Shown: positions 1 through 11,078, counted from the stretch's first letter. The stretch is DNA of 64,000 nt from Macrostomum hystrix (GCA_950097015.1 CATNEN010000034.1:1116001-1180000), one strand, 5' to 3'. Translations and numbers: made by a program. Notes: generated from the sequence alone by a model not told the origin.

Positions 1-765
1 TCCAGATACTAGCCCCTAGGACACAAACTGATCCAGATACTAGCCCCTAGGACACAAACTGATCCAGATACTAGCCCCTAGGACACAAACTGATCCAGAT
101 ACTAGCCCCTAGGACACAAACTGATCCAGATACTAGCCCCTAGGACACAAACTGATCCAGATACTACCCTAGGACACAAACTGATCCAGATACTAGCCAC
201 TAGGACACAAACTGATCCAGATACTAGCCCCTAGGACACAAACTGATCCAGATACTAGCCCCTAGGACACAAACTGATCCAGATACTAGCCCCTAGGACA
301 CAAACTGATCCAGATACTAGCCACTAGGACACAAACTGATCCAGATACTAGCCCCTAGGACACAAACTGATCCAGATACTAGCCACTAGGACACAAACTG
401 ATCCAGATACTAGCCCCTAGGACACAAACTGATCCAGATACTAGCCCCTAGGACACAAACTGATCCAGATACTAGCCCCTAGGACACAAACTGATCCAGA
501 TACTAGCCCCTAGGACACAAACTGATCCAGATACTACCCTAGGACACAAACTGATCCAGATACTAGCCACTAGGACACAAACTGATCCAGATACTAGCCC
601 CTAGGACACAAACTGATCCAGATACTAGCCCCTAGGACACAAACTGATCCAGATACTAGCCCCTAGGACACAAACTGATCCAGATACTAGCCCCTAGGAC
701 ACAAACTGATCCAGATACTAGCCCCTAGGACACAAACTGATCCAGATACTAGCCCCTAGGACACA
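1..765. repeat. 31-bp minisatellite (TCCAGATACTAGCCCCTAGGACACAAACTGA)n, about 25 copies, runs off the window start
   Basis: Near-perfect 31-bp periodicity with occasional 29-bp deletion units and CCACT variants. Confidence 0.97.
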
Positions 766-1107
766 GGAGACTACCCACAGGACACCCACTGTCCCAGACA
801 TCAAAGTAAAAAATGACGGAACGATACCATGAAGATAAATTATTTTAAAGAACTCTTACGCACGGAGATTAATTGCATTGATACATCAGGATTCTTGATA
901 AGTAAGTGTGCTGTCTATGTGTATTTATGTATTTTTTAAAGACTATACAAAAAAATTGCGGTACAATGTGAACGAATCAAACAACAACGACAACAACACA
1001 AAAAAGTTTTTTAACTAAAAAAATACGCGTGACATGTTAACAATAATGAGTTACAAACCTATAAAAATTATTGGAACCTTCACTAAAAAAACTAAAAACT
1101 AAGAGTG

Positions 1108-2352
1108 CTAAGAATGAGCGGCAAAGTGTGTCACGTGATGCGGAGGTGACGAAGCCAGTAGAGAGTGCGGCCGCGGCTGAGCAGGCACCAACGGCTGCTG
1201 CTGCTGCTGTTGCTGCCGCTGTTGCTGACTGTTGTTACCAGCTGAGCGGCACAGGCCGCGATACCTGCTAGAGAATGCGTCATGCCTGGCAGTCTTCTTC
1301 CACAGGTAATAAAAGTGCACCAGCTGGCCGACGGATCGGCAGCGCAGACGCTCGGCCTGGACTAACCAGAAATTCTTGCCGTAGTGCAGCAGGCCGTTCT
1401 CGAACGCGTCAACATCGTCCGACGGCCACATGGCCAGCACATCCGGGCAGGGCAGGTCGGGCCGAAGCCGGACCCGCAGCAGCGCCTCCGTGGCAGAGTA
1501 TTTGCAGGCTTGCAACTCGAACAGCCAGCGCTCACTGTCGGGAATCGGGCGGTGTGGCGGGAAGGCAACGCCAGGCTGGGCCCGGCGCAGATAGTCAACA
1601 ACGTCGGCTTCGGGCAGGCGCAGCGGATCCCACAGCTGAACAGCTCGGCTGTCGTCGGCAGTGCCGGGCAATGCCGGAGGTCTGCGGGGAATCGGCAGGT
1701 CGCCCACCTGGTATTCCGCACCGACGCGAGGCTCGCGTCGCCAGGCGATGCCGGAACCCGACGAGGCTGCAGCAGCTGCAGCGCCAGTCGATGATGCCGC
1801 GGCTGCTGCGGAGGACGTCACTGCGGATGAAGAGGACGATGTCGACGGAGCGCAAGACGGCGCGTTCCGTTGGTTGCCTCCAGCGACGCCTGAAGTTGAA
1901 GCCTCTTCTTCCTCATCTTCTTCTTCTTCCTCCCCTTCCTCGTCTTCTTCCGCATCCTCGACAAGGCCATTCTCGTCGGCGGAGTTGGAGCTGGCCTCCT
2001 CTTCGTCCGCTTCTTCTTGGTGATCTCCCTCGTCTTCTTCAGCTTCTTCTTCTTCTTCATCATCTTCTGCGGCGTCTTCATCATCCGCGCCTTCATCGCC
2101 GCCACCGAACTCGGGCTCTGCATTGGCTTGATTGTTTTCCACTTCCTCGTCAACAACCTGATCGCTGCTGTTGCTCGCGGCTTCGTCAGCCAAGTCGCCG
2201 CTGCCGCTGCCACTCTCGCTGTCCTCAGCAGCCTCATCAGCGGCGTCATTGTTCTCGCTGTTCTCGCTACTCGGCGCTGGCCGACGACTCCTGCGCTGCT
2301 GCTGCTGGCGCCTCTGATGAGGATCGCCGCCGGTGGCTGCTGCTGACACAGG
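1108..2352 (-). CDS. MIER1: MIER-family ELM2-SANT transcriptional corepressor (HDAC-recruiting); start codon not in this exon
   Basis: Acidic N-terminal region; ELM2-like WRREPRVGAEYQ...QLWDP; SANT WPSDDVDAFENGLLHYGKNFWLVQAERLRCRSVGQLVHFYYLWKK matches the MIER SANT as I recall it. Acceptor TTTCAG at 2358-2353 is followed by phase-0 CCT; in-frame TGA at 2361-2359. Confidence 0.85.
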   Translation of the reverse strand, partial: PVSAAATGGDPHQRRQQQQRRSRRPAPSSENSENNDAADEAAEDSESGSGSGDLADEAASNSSDQVVDEEVENNQANAEPEFGGGDEGADDEDAAEDDEEEEEAEEDEGDHQEEADEEEASSNSADENGLVEDAEEDEEGEEEEEDEEEEASTSGVAGGNQRNAPSCAPSTSSSSSAVTSSAAAAASSTGAAAAAASSGSGIAWRREPRVGAEYQVGDLPIPRRPPALPGTADDSRAVQLWDPLRLPEADVVDYLRRAQPGVAFPPHRPIPDSERWLFELQACKYSATEALLRVRLRPDLPCPDVLAMWPSDDVDAFENGLLHYGKNFWLVQAERLRCRSVGQLVHFYYLWKKTARHDAFSSRYRGLCRSAGNNSQQQRQQQQQQQPLVPAQPRPHSLLASSPPHHVTHFAAHS

Positions 2353-2439
2353 CTGAAATCATGATTTTGCTTGCCTTAGAAAACCGATAAGGGCTTAGAT
2401 TCTACTGCTAAGATTGTACTTTAGTACTTCAGATTTTAG

Positions 2440-2725
2440 CGCCGCTACTAGCCCTTGTACTTTAGTAAGTGAGCCGCTACTAGCCCTTGTAATTTAGTAA
2501 ATGAGCCGCTACTAGCCCTTGTACTTTAGTAAGTTGGCAGCTACTAGCCCTTGTACTTTAGTAAGTTGGCCGCTACTAGCCCTTGTACTTTAGTAAGTTG
2601 GCCGCTACTAGCTCTTGTACTTTAGTAAGTTGGCCGCTACTAGCCCTTGTACTTTAGTAAGTTGGCCGCTACTAGCCCTTGTAATTTAGTAAGTGAGCCG
2701 CTACTAGCTCTTGTACTTTAGTAAG
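2440..2725. repeat. 32-bp minisatellite (GCCGCTACTAGCCCTTGTACTTTAGTAAGTTG)n, about 9 copies
   Basis: Direct periodicity, e.g. GCCG at 2473 and 2505. Confidence 0.95.
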
Positions 2726-3359
2726 AGAACTTCAAAAAACATTAGTTTATAGAAAAAAATTTTATAAATGACAAAGTTACTAAAGCGTTTAAAAAAATTG
2801 TTTTGAGTTCTGAGTTTGTTTTCAGTAAATTCACATTGGATTTGACATCAACCGATTCGTTTGCATTGAAAATTGCAAAAAGCTAAGACATGAAAAACTA
2901 CCAAGGTGAGGTGCAAGCAGATGTGATATTTACTGACAGAGAAAGATTAAAAAACTTAACAGAGTAAAACAAAATGACAAAAGAAAAACTAAAATTGCAT
3001 AACACCGGAAAAAATGTTGCAAGTTTGTTCTTTGACACATAAAGAATAGGCATTTAGTAACATTCTGATTGCGAAGTAGGGAATGTCACCAGATATATAA
3101 TATGTTCTACTGTTCCAACTGCACTATTGAAAGTAGGTAGCAAAGAAAAAATATGACAAAAAATGAACATGAAAACAACCACCAGAGATGTTGAAAGCTG
3201 CACGACAAGACGTTTATACAAAAAGCTTAACAGACATAAATTATCAAATTGTAGTCATAGACTAGGCTACATAAAAATGCCTAACCTGCAGACAAAATTT
3301 GTTCGCAAATTTGAAAACACAAATGAAAAGATTTAGCAGAATGCAAACTGAATCAAGAT

Positions 3360-4235
3360 CTACTTAGCCGGCTTGGATGGGCTAGTTGACGCCGAGGGCA
3401 GGGAGAAGGCCGCGGCAAGGGACGACGCCGGCAGAGGCGCCAGCGGGGTGCACAGTCGGACATTGTCCAGAGCGGCCGACACCGCATCGGCTGTCCGACC
3501 GACATCTAGCCTGCCTCCTCCGCCGCCGCCGCCGCCACCGCCGCTGCCGTTGGCGCCGACGACGCCATTGAAGACAAACGGCAGCATTGAAAACGGCGGC
3601 AGCTGGAGCGACTCGGCCGAGGCAGCCAGATCGGCCTGTAGACGCCGATAGTCGGCGACCACCGAGGCTGCGGCGCCAGACGACGAGCCGACGGCTCGGT
3701 CCTCCAGTTCGGCTGCCCGCCTAGCCAGCTCCTCGGCTAGGCGTTTCCGATCGGCCAGCAGCTCGCGCCTGGCTGCGACCTCTTCTAGAAGGCCGGCCGT
3801 GCGCCTCTCAACCAGGTCGAAGAGTCTGCGGCGCAGCGCCTGGCAGGCCCGCTCGGCGTCCTCGCCGGCGGCTAACTGTTCGCAGCTGTCGGCGCACAGG
3901 GTCAGCAGGCGTCGGCGACAGTCGCCGGCGGCGGCGGCGGCCGCGGCCAGATCGAAACCGGTTGAAGCGGCTGGTGAAGCGGACCGGCGGCTCATGAACT
4001 GGAGCAGGTGGAAGTTTCTAGGCAGCCTGGCCGGCACGCAGGCTGGGTGCAGGGCCCGACAGTTCGGACAGCGAATTGAGCCGGCCGAAGCCTTGCCCTG
4101 CCCTGAGCAGTTCTCGGTTAGGAGGCGCTGCAGGCAGGCCAGGCAGTAGGTGTGCAGGCACGGCAGGGCCCGGGGATCGCGCAGCTCCTCCAGACATATG
4201 CCGCATTCGAAGTCCTTTGCCGTGGCGAGCTCCAT
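3360..4235 (-). CDS. RING-finger (C3HC4) TRIM-like E3 ligase with coiled coil, single exon, 291 aa
   Basis: CGICLEELRDPRALPCLHTYCLACL...CPNCR RING motif near the N-terminus; heptad-rich segment follows; ATG at 4235. Confidence 0.85.
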   Translation of the reverse strand: MELATAKDFECGICLEELRDPRALPCLHTYCLACLQRLLTENCSGQGKASAGSIRCPNCRALHPACVPARLPRNFHLLQFMSRRSASPAASTGFDLAAAAAAAGDCRRRLLTLCADSCEQLAAGEDAERACQALRRRLFDLVERRTAGLLEEVAARRELLADRKRLAEELARRAAELEDRAVGSSSGAAASVVADYRRLQADLAASAESLQLPPFSMLPFVFNGVVGANGSGGGGGGGGGGRLDVGRTADAVSAALDNVRLCTPLAPLPASSLAAAFSLPSASTSPSKPAK

Positions 4236-4379
4236 CCGAACAGCTGGAGCTGTGTGGCTCAGGCTGATGGCGAGTGAGCAGGATTAGCCTGCAGTGAAGA
4301 GACATTTTGTTTCGAGCATTACAGGTGGCCTTTAAGGCTCGACCTGCCACACCTTTACCAGTCTTATGAGAGTTTTCCA

Positions 4380-4650
4380 ATTTTCTTCCTCCCTGTCTCC
4401 ATCTTCTTCCGCCCTCCATTTTCTTCCTCCCTGTCTCCCTCTTCTTCCGCCCTCCTTTTTCTTCCTCCCTGTCTCCCTTTTCTTCCGCCCTCCATTTTCT
4501 TCCTCCCTGTCTCCCTCTTCTTCCGCCCTCCATTTTCTTCCTCCCTGTCTCCCTCTTCTTCCGCCCTCCATTTTCTTCCTCCCTGTCTCCATCTTCTTCC
4601 CCCTCCATTTTCTTCCTTTCTTTCTCCCTCTTCTTCCTCCCGCTCTCCAT
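4380..4650. repeat. 38-bp pyrimidine-rich minisatellite
   Basis: Unit TTTTCTTCCTCCCTGTCTCCCTCTTCTTCCGCCCTCCA repeated about 6-7 times; source of several spurious ORFs. Confidence 0.93.
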
Positions 4651-5344
4651 CTTCTTCCGCCATCTATCCTCATTGTCTCTTTAAATTATTCCTCCTTTTA
4701 TATTTTCCTTATTCCTACTTTTATCTTATTCTTACACCCATTTCTCTTCTCCCCTGCGCATTCCCCTTCCAACTCGGTTTTCCCCTCTTCCGGTCCTCTT
4801 CCTAAGATTCTTTGGCCACGATTCCCAAAAGCGATAAGGTGTAAGAACGGCTAAAAACAGGATGAATTTCCATATTATTCACGCGGCAACAAAGTTGGTT
4901 GCGGCTAAACTACAATCTATAGATAGAAGCGTCTGTCTCCAAGGCAGGAAAACACAGTCGGAATGAAAAAGTACTCGTTGGAAAATAGGAAAAAAAATTC
5001 GATAGAATGTAATTCGCTGCGGAATAGTAGTTGCATTTCTATAATAAAACGCAATGGCAAAACTGCCTTTGAAAAAATGTCGCTCGCACATGCTAATCAC
5101 GAATGAGCCTGGCTTGGAACAAAATAAATAAAATCTTGTACGATAACGGATGCGAGTAAAAATAGGTATAGAAAGTGTGAGTATACCTTTGAGTACACAA
5201 TTCTAAAAGACAAAATGATGCAGAGTATGAAAATTTCTTGATCAATTTTGACTTAAAAGGTAAAATTCGTTTGCGCAATACGCTAAAATAAATAAACTAT
5301 CCCAGCACTAGACACAGCTGTACGGGTAGGTAAGACGCCCACAA

Positions 5345-5706
5345 AATTAATAATAATTAATTATACTCGCAATTGCAGGGCTGCGGGCAATGACACATAA
5401 TTTGGTGACACTAGACCCGCAGACAGCGAGGAGGCAACCCTGCCCATTCGGCTGACTCCTGAGCACACACGCACACAGATACTGTACACAGACTTTCTCA
5501 CTTTCTCACTCTGACTTTCTCATCGTGAGGCAGTGTACACTGTTACTTTGCCTTGGAGGTTGGCCCTCAAGGGCGTAAATATCATGACAAGCCTCCAAAC
5601 CTTCTCTTCCCGCTGCGCCCCAAATAAATGTGGCCTCGACGTGGAATCGAACTTATGGACCTTGGTGAGAGAGGGAAGCGCGTTAACCGCTCTGCCACCG
5701 ACCCCC
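5345..5706 (-). mobile_element. tRNA-derived SINE, copy A
   Basis: Minus strand: A-box TGGCAGAGCGG (5697-5687), B-box AAGTTCGATTCC (5654-5643), AT-rich tail at 5345-5364; colinear similarity to 31150-31470 and 60376-60740. Confidence 0.85.
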
Positions 5707-5883
5707 TGAGAATAAGGTGAGGATTAAATTAAAATCTGAGGATGAAAATGATTCAGCCTAAGCTGAGGAGCTGGCCAATTATCGAAATTCCAAATCTCAC
5801 ATAGTAGAACAGAGGATTTTACTAAATCAAACATAACTAATTTGTTGATTTCCCCGAGTAACTCGCGTAAGGCAGCTGTACAC

Positions 5884-7217
5884 TTAGACGCACACCAGGG
5901 AGCAACTCGGCTGGCAACCAACGGTGGCTGCGACCGGCCGCAGCCGTCTTTCAGCGTGATAGTACACCAGGCAGAAGTCCACCAGCAGCAGAGTCTGGAG
6001 AAAGCCGGCCGCGGCCTCTAGCGAGTCCCGCAGGCCGACGCCGATGAAGCCGGAGACCAGCAGCTGCCGCAGCTCCAGCACCGAGTGCAAGCCGTGGCAC
6101 AGGCGATAGGCCAGCATGGCGAGCAGGTACTGCGGCCGCACGATAGCCAGCAGGCGGGCAGTCGCGGACGATGCCACCGCGCCGCCATCATCGGCTTGAA
6201 CAGCGCTAGCCGTGAAGAACAGCTGGGGCAGCAGGGCGGCGGATTCCAGGTAGACACCGAATGAGCGAACAATTTCAACTGCAGTAAATTCTCTGTACGC
6301 CAATGCGGCCAGGCCGGCCGACGGGACGGCAAGCAGCTCGGCGCGAAGGGAGTCGCCGCAGCCTCCGCCGCCATTTTCGCTGTCTGAACTGTTGCCACTG
6401 ATTCTAATAGATCGACGTTGTGATAATACCTGGTTGAGACAAGGGGCTGGGGCTTTTAGTCAAGGATGCAAAAAACACAGGCGCCAAGTCTGGAAGGTAC
6501 CATTGATGAGTGACAGAGTAGAGACTGCGAGTGACAGAGTAGAGACTGCGAGTGACAGAGTAGAGACTGCGAGTGAAAGACTAGAGACTGCGAGTGACAG
6601 AGTAGAGACTGCGAGTGAAAGACTAGAGACTGCGATTGACAGAGTAGAGACTGCGAGTGACAGAGTAGAGACTGCGAGTGACAGAGTAGAGACTGCGAGT
6701 GACAGACTAGAGACTGCGAGTGACAGACTAGAGACTGCGAGTGACAGAGTAGAGACTGCGAGTGAAAGACTAGAGACTGCGAGTGAAAGACTAGAGACTG
6801 CGAGTGAAAGTCTAGAGACTGCGAGTGACAGAGTAGAGAATGCAAGTGACGTAGAGACTGCGAGTGAAAGAATAGTTTATAAAGACTATAAAAGTGAGGG
6901 AGAAAAGGGGACTATGACACAGCAGATTGGAAGGCAAGGCTTACCTGCAAAGCTGCAGCCCATGCAAGCAGGGCGCTGATCAAGTCTATGAAGCTGGCTA
7001 AGAGACCGGTAGAAGGTGCGGCTGCCACCCACCAGTGACAGGTGCAGCTGCAGCGGGCTGTGAGGGCCAAGGCCAGCAACAGTTGGGATTTGGCAGACAG
7101 GCCTGAGGCGCAGCGGGTGCCTCGGTGGCTGCGCAGTTGGGCGCAGAGCAAACCGAGGGCGGAGAGTTGGCACAGGTTGCCAGCTAGCCTCAGAGTGTCG
7201 TCCTCTTTGCTGCACAT
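5884..7217 (-). CDS. KDELR: Divergent ER lumen protein-retaining (KDEL/ERD2) receptor; exons 7217-6945 and 6429-5884, 272 aa
   Basis: LRLAGNLCQL, GLSAKSQLLLAL, DSLRAELLAVP, VEIVRSFGVYLESAALLPQL, YLLAMLAYR and AGFLQTLLLVDFCLVY align with the ERD2 family; phase-0 GT-AG intron; both exon lengths divisible by 3. Confidence 0.85.
6508..6870. repeat. 21-bp intronic minisatellite (GAGTGACAGAGTAGAGACTGC)n
   Basis: About 17 copies inside the KDELR intron. Confidence 0.96.
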
Positions 7218-8845
7218 ACCAGTTGACAATGCTGTGTCAGGAGAGGGTCAAAGGGCCAGGGATGGGCCAACCTGATTCATTGATCACCCGATTTACAGAT
7301 CAGCTGACTGGAATGAATTTTCGTCCATTATGGTCATATCTGGTTTGCTACCTATGTTAGCAACTAATAGGATGAGTAAAATATATTCCCTACCTTGTCT
7401 GAAAAATTGAATCTTTAATGGTGTTAGTAGCTTGGTTTAATTGTAGTCTGTAGTTGATTTAAGCTAGATTTGATGTAAAAATGTTTTCTTGATAATTTCA
7501 ATACATTTACAGAGAAAGAAGCCTTCTTTTAGAATTATCTTTTTTTTCTTGTCTAATTGATTGTTAAAATAGCTTTTATTTTTGTGGCATTAGCCAACAT
7601 CAAAACTTAAAAGACCTCAGCCTTTTTATTGATGAAATGCTCTGATCATTTCTAGATATATCCCAAAATTTTGTTGAAAGTTTCAAGTGCAAGGAATGGT
7701 TACACTATTGTGAACAAAAGCTATTTTAGCATGCTAAATTATTATTAGAAAAGTTAAATGAATAAAGTGATAGAAAGAAGTGAGGCAAGTCTGTATAGAT
7801 CCTTGAAGAATCAAGAAGGTTGGAGTTGAGGGAATGTTTTTGAAGTGGATGGAATGCCTTTATTATGAACAATTTGAGGACTCTATTGTATGCAGTTGTT
7901 AACTAAAAGGATCCCTCTTAAATTTAAAGGCTAAGACATAAATATTTAAACACTGCTGCCAACACTCTAAAATAAATAGTGACAAATAATAATTCAAACA
8001 AACAAAATTCACTAGACTAATTATTTCAATTTAACTTCTGAAGCTAGGAGATTATTTTAAAATTTTATGTGTCCTATCAATAGAATAGGCCAAGTAATGA
8101 TCCTATCCTATGGAATAGATAGTGACTAGTAACACCTAATTAAAGTAGAAAAAAGCCAGGCTAAAGGCTCAATATTAGGTTGCTAGGTGACCTAGTGGCA
8201 ATTAAAGCACATGCAGCCTTGTAAAATCAAATTTTTTATAACTAAGTTAGTAGATTGCTAAAAATTTTACTTATGTTTTATGTATGTTATTAATATTATT
8301 TTGAGTATATCAAGTTATTTAGAGGCCAGTCAAATATAGCTATAGCTATAGGCCTACTTCATTAATTGATCATTTTTTGTGACCCTTACATATGTGTATT
8401 CATGAGTACACACATGATTGCAAAAAATTAAACTGTAGGCCCCTATAGTAATCTTATGTCTACAACCAACTAAACAAGTGATCCAATCCATAGGCCTATA
8501 TCTGTCTAAGCTATCATCAAAAGAATTTTTGTCGCAATCATATTACCAGCATTAATTTGTGTATCAATATGGTAATTGAAAAATCAATAGTGAAAGTTTG
8601 TCTTATGACTCTAAAGCCTTTTTATTTGATTCAGTTCAGTAGCCCAATAAAAGTTTTGCTATTAGCTATTCGCGCCCTTGCTGCATGCAGATGTCTGAGC
8701 CGTAGAGTGCTCTTTGTTATCGATCAAGCAGGGATGGCAACAAAAGCTGTCAAAATTCGAATTGATTAAGTAAAGTACTTGATGAGAATGCAACGCAAAA
8801 CAGAATATCTGACAACAAACGGGTCAATATGCCAAAGACCACTAG

Positions 8846-9200
8846 GAGTGGAAGGACGGGAAACTTCATTTCTAAGAAAAAAATGGCTATAAGTTAGCTC
8901 ATTAAAAAATGATAGCTACAAAAATAACTACAAAAGCATCGACAGTGAATTTGATATTTATTAGCAAAGAAAATCGCATGAAGATCAAATTGTCATGTAT
9001 AAAACTTTATAACATACGGCGGACCAACACGTTAGGCAAGTTTTATATCAAAAGAACAACTTTGTGTCAGCTTCCAATCAAAAGCAATCACCATTTAAAC
9101 CTGAAAAGGTGAAAATTTCCTATCTCCGTAGTATATTCTTTTCGCGAAACCCGGCCTTTAAATCTTTTTCTAAGAAACGAAGTTTCCCGTCCTTCTACTC
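8846..9200. mobile_element. MITE with about 37-bp TIRs; GAG...CTC termini and CTAG 4-bp TSD (Sola-like), or a TA-TSD reading
   Basis: 8841-8881 ACTAGGAGTGGAAGGACGGGAAACTTCATTTCTAAGAAAAA is the near-perfect inverse of 9165-9205. Confidence 0.75.
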
Positions 9201-11078
9201 CTAGTCGTCCTTGCAATGTGCACGCGGTGCAGCGTTCGTAGGCCACAGCATACAGGACGCACAGTCTAGGTGAAGTGCAACCGCAAGCCACTTAGAAGCT
9301 TTTTTTAACAAGTTCCTTTGTGATACGACACCTCGAATTCAGCGATTGAATTCTGCTGCAGCCTTATGGCATCCACGTACAGTACACACCTAGCAAACAC
9401 ACGTTGTGTACGTTGCGGACAGAGACAGTTGCGTACGTTGATAGTACGTTGCGGACGAGCCCATGGTAAGGTACCTGCATGCTAACAATAAAGCTTGAGG
9501 AAGCTAAACGGCCATGTTTTGTCAGCTGAGCTCTGCAATTCAGTGACGATCCTGAGATCATGGAGATGATCAGAACAGCAACAGCTACCAGCAATTGCTA
9601 TTGCGCTTGCGGACTGTGATCCAGTGCAGGATGGAATTGCATGGCCACAGAAGCGAGCCAAGTTGACGGACGATCTGAAAGAGTTTTCAGTCGTCCAATG
9701 TGGTATAGTATATTATTTATTAGGATTGTTGCGTCTGAAGGATTGCACATGTACTGAGCAAGGAAAAAACAAGGACTACCAAAAAATGACACATGATCCT
9801 ACGAGTAATATCTGCTCTATACGTTGACTCCTTACAGCCGCTGGATGAAAGTCGATAGGACTGGGGGCGCAATTGACTACGCGTCTATAGCAATGCTAGC
9901 AATTGTCCCATAAAGCTGGCCAATATAGAATATATTTGCCAGTATAGCATCGGTGCAATCAATCGACCATATTTATCCTTTTTATAAAGGACGATAATCT
10001 GCAGCTCACAGGGACCTTATTGTATCCATTTTACTCAACACACCCGCATTTTAGGTGTATTTATTACTTTTCAATATAAAGAGAGAGCCCATCTCAAATG
10101 AAGCGAATTAGAGTTTTTGCTACTCTTGCTCTAATGAAGCCCTTTGTTTCAATCCTTTCGCTTATCGCCACCTACAGGATAACGATTGGGTAAAGTAAGC
10201 TATTTAGACAATTTTGCTGGCCAAGAAAGAGAAAGCTACAATATTTTTTCTTTCGCTTGAGACGGAAATTGAAAGCTGATGAATTAACTTTACAATTAAT
10301 TGAAGCCCGCATCGGTCGCCTCATCATATTCCGCATTGTTCAATTTTATAGTGAAATCAGCTACTTGTACATGTGCTGTACATTTTTTCGTATCCTAATA
10401 GCTAATGTTGACTTAAAAACTCGATCGGGGTTCGCGAATACTCAAGGAAAGTAGTCAGACTGCCATGATAAAAAATGAGCAAGTCAGGAGAGATGCAAAG
10501 TCAGCTCTCAACAGGTTCATGATATCACCGAGTGGCGAGTGCAGTGCTGCACCTGCATGGGGACTGTCTCTCCGCACGAAATCGGCCTCCATCCTTCGAG
10601 TTTTTACCTCGAATCCTCGGCGTTTCCGCCCTTCTCCTGTCGGCATGCAGGAGGTAAAAAGCGAAGATACCTAACTAAACTCCTTCCTAATTATTACCTC
10701 TTTGACTGCCACCCTAAACTCTGTTAGCATATTTCACCCGTCCCCGCGCTTCCCTCTTATTTCCTACCTTGCATCCTTCTCTTAGTCTTGAAATCTCTTC
10801 TCCCTTTTCGACTTTCTCCTATTGGCCCATCAGCTGAAAGGATCGAATGATCAATATTAAGACACATGCGCCCCTGTAGACTCAGCATGGCCTCAAGTAA
10901 CTCGGTAATCAACTCACGCAATCGTGAATCTTCCCGTTAGTCTATGCTAAATCGAAGCGAATCGAGAGGACACGATCGCCATAAAGCGAAAACTAACTGA
11001 AAGAGAGCTTAGTCCAGCAGTCGCACACGAGGTGACTTCGAGTGGACACTCGGAAAGGCATCTCGACAAGACACAGCC

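Noticed and set aside
1-765. CRISPR-like appearance of the 28-40-bp repeats here and elsewhere
   Set aside because: Units are contiguous with no unique spacers, there are no cas genes, and the DNA is eukaryotic.
1275-2390. Antisense and alternative-frame ORFs over GC-rich genes (also around RRP9, RING and GYS)
   Set aside because: Shadow ORFs expected from GC-rich coding sequence; no independent motifs.
4018-4854. Long ORFs over tandem arrays (also 6392-6979, 13872-14395, 32833-33562, 37297-37897, 41095-41617, 45749-46710, 47239-47865, 53092-53721)
   Set aside because: Translations are periodic read-outs of minisatellites lacking stops; most lie inside introns of supported genes.
9364-9830. 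Possible small secreted Cys-rich protein
   Set aside because: Signal-peptide-like and Cys-rich stretches occur in different frames and strands; I could not build a phase-consistent model.
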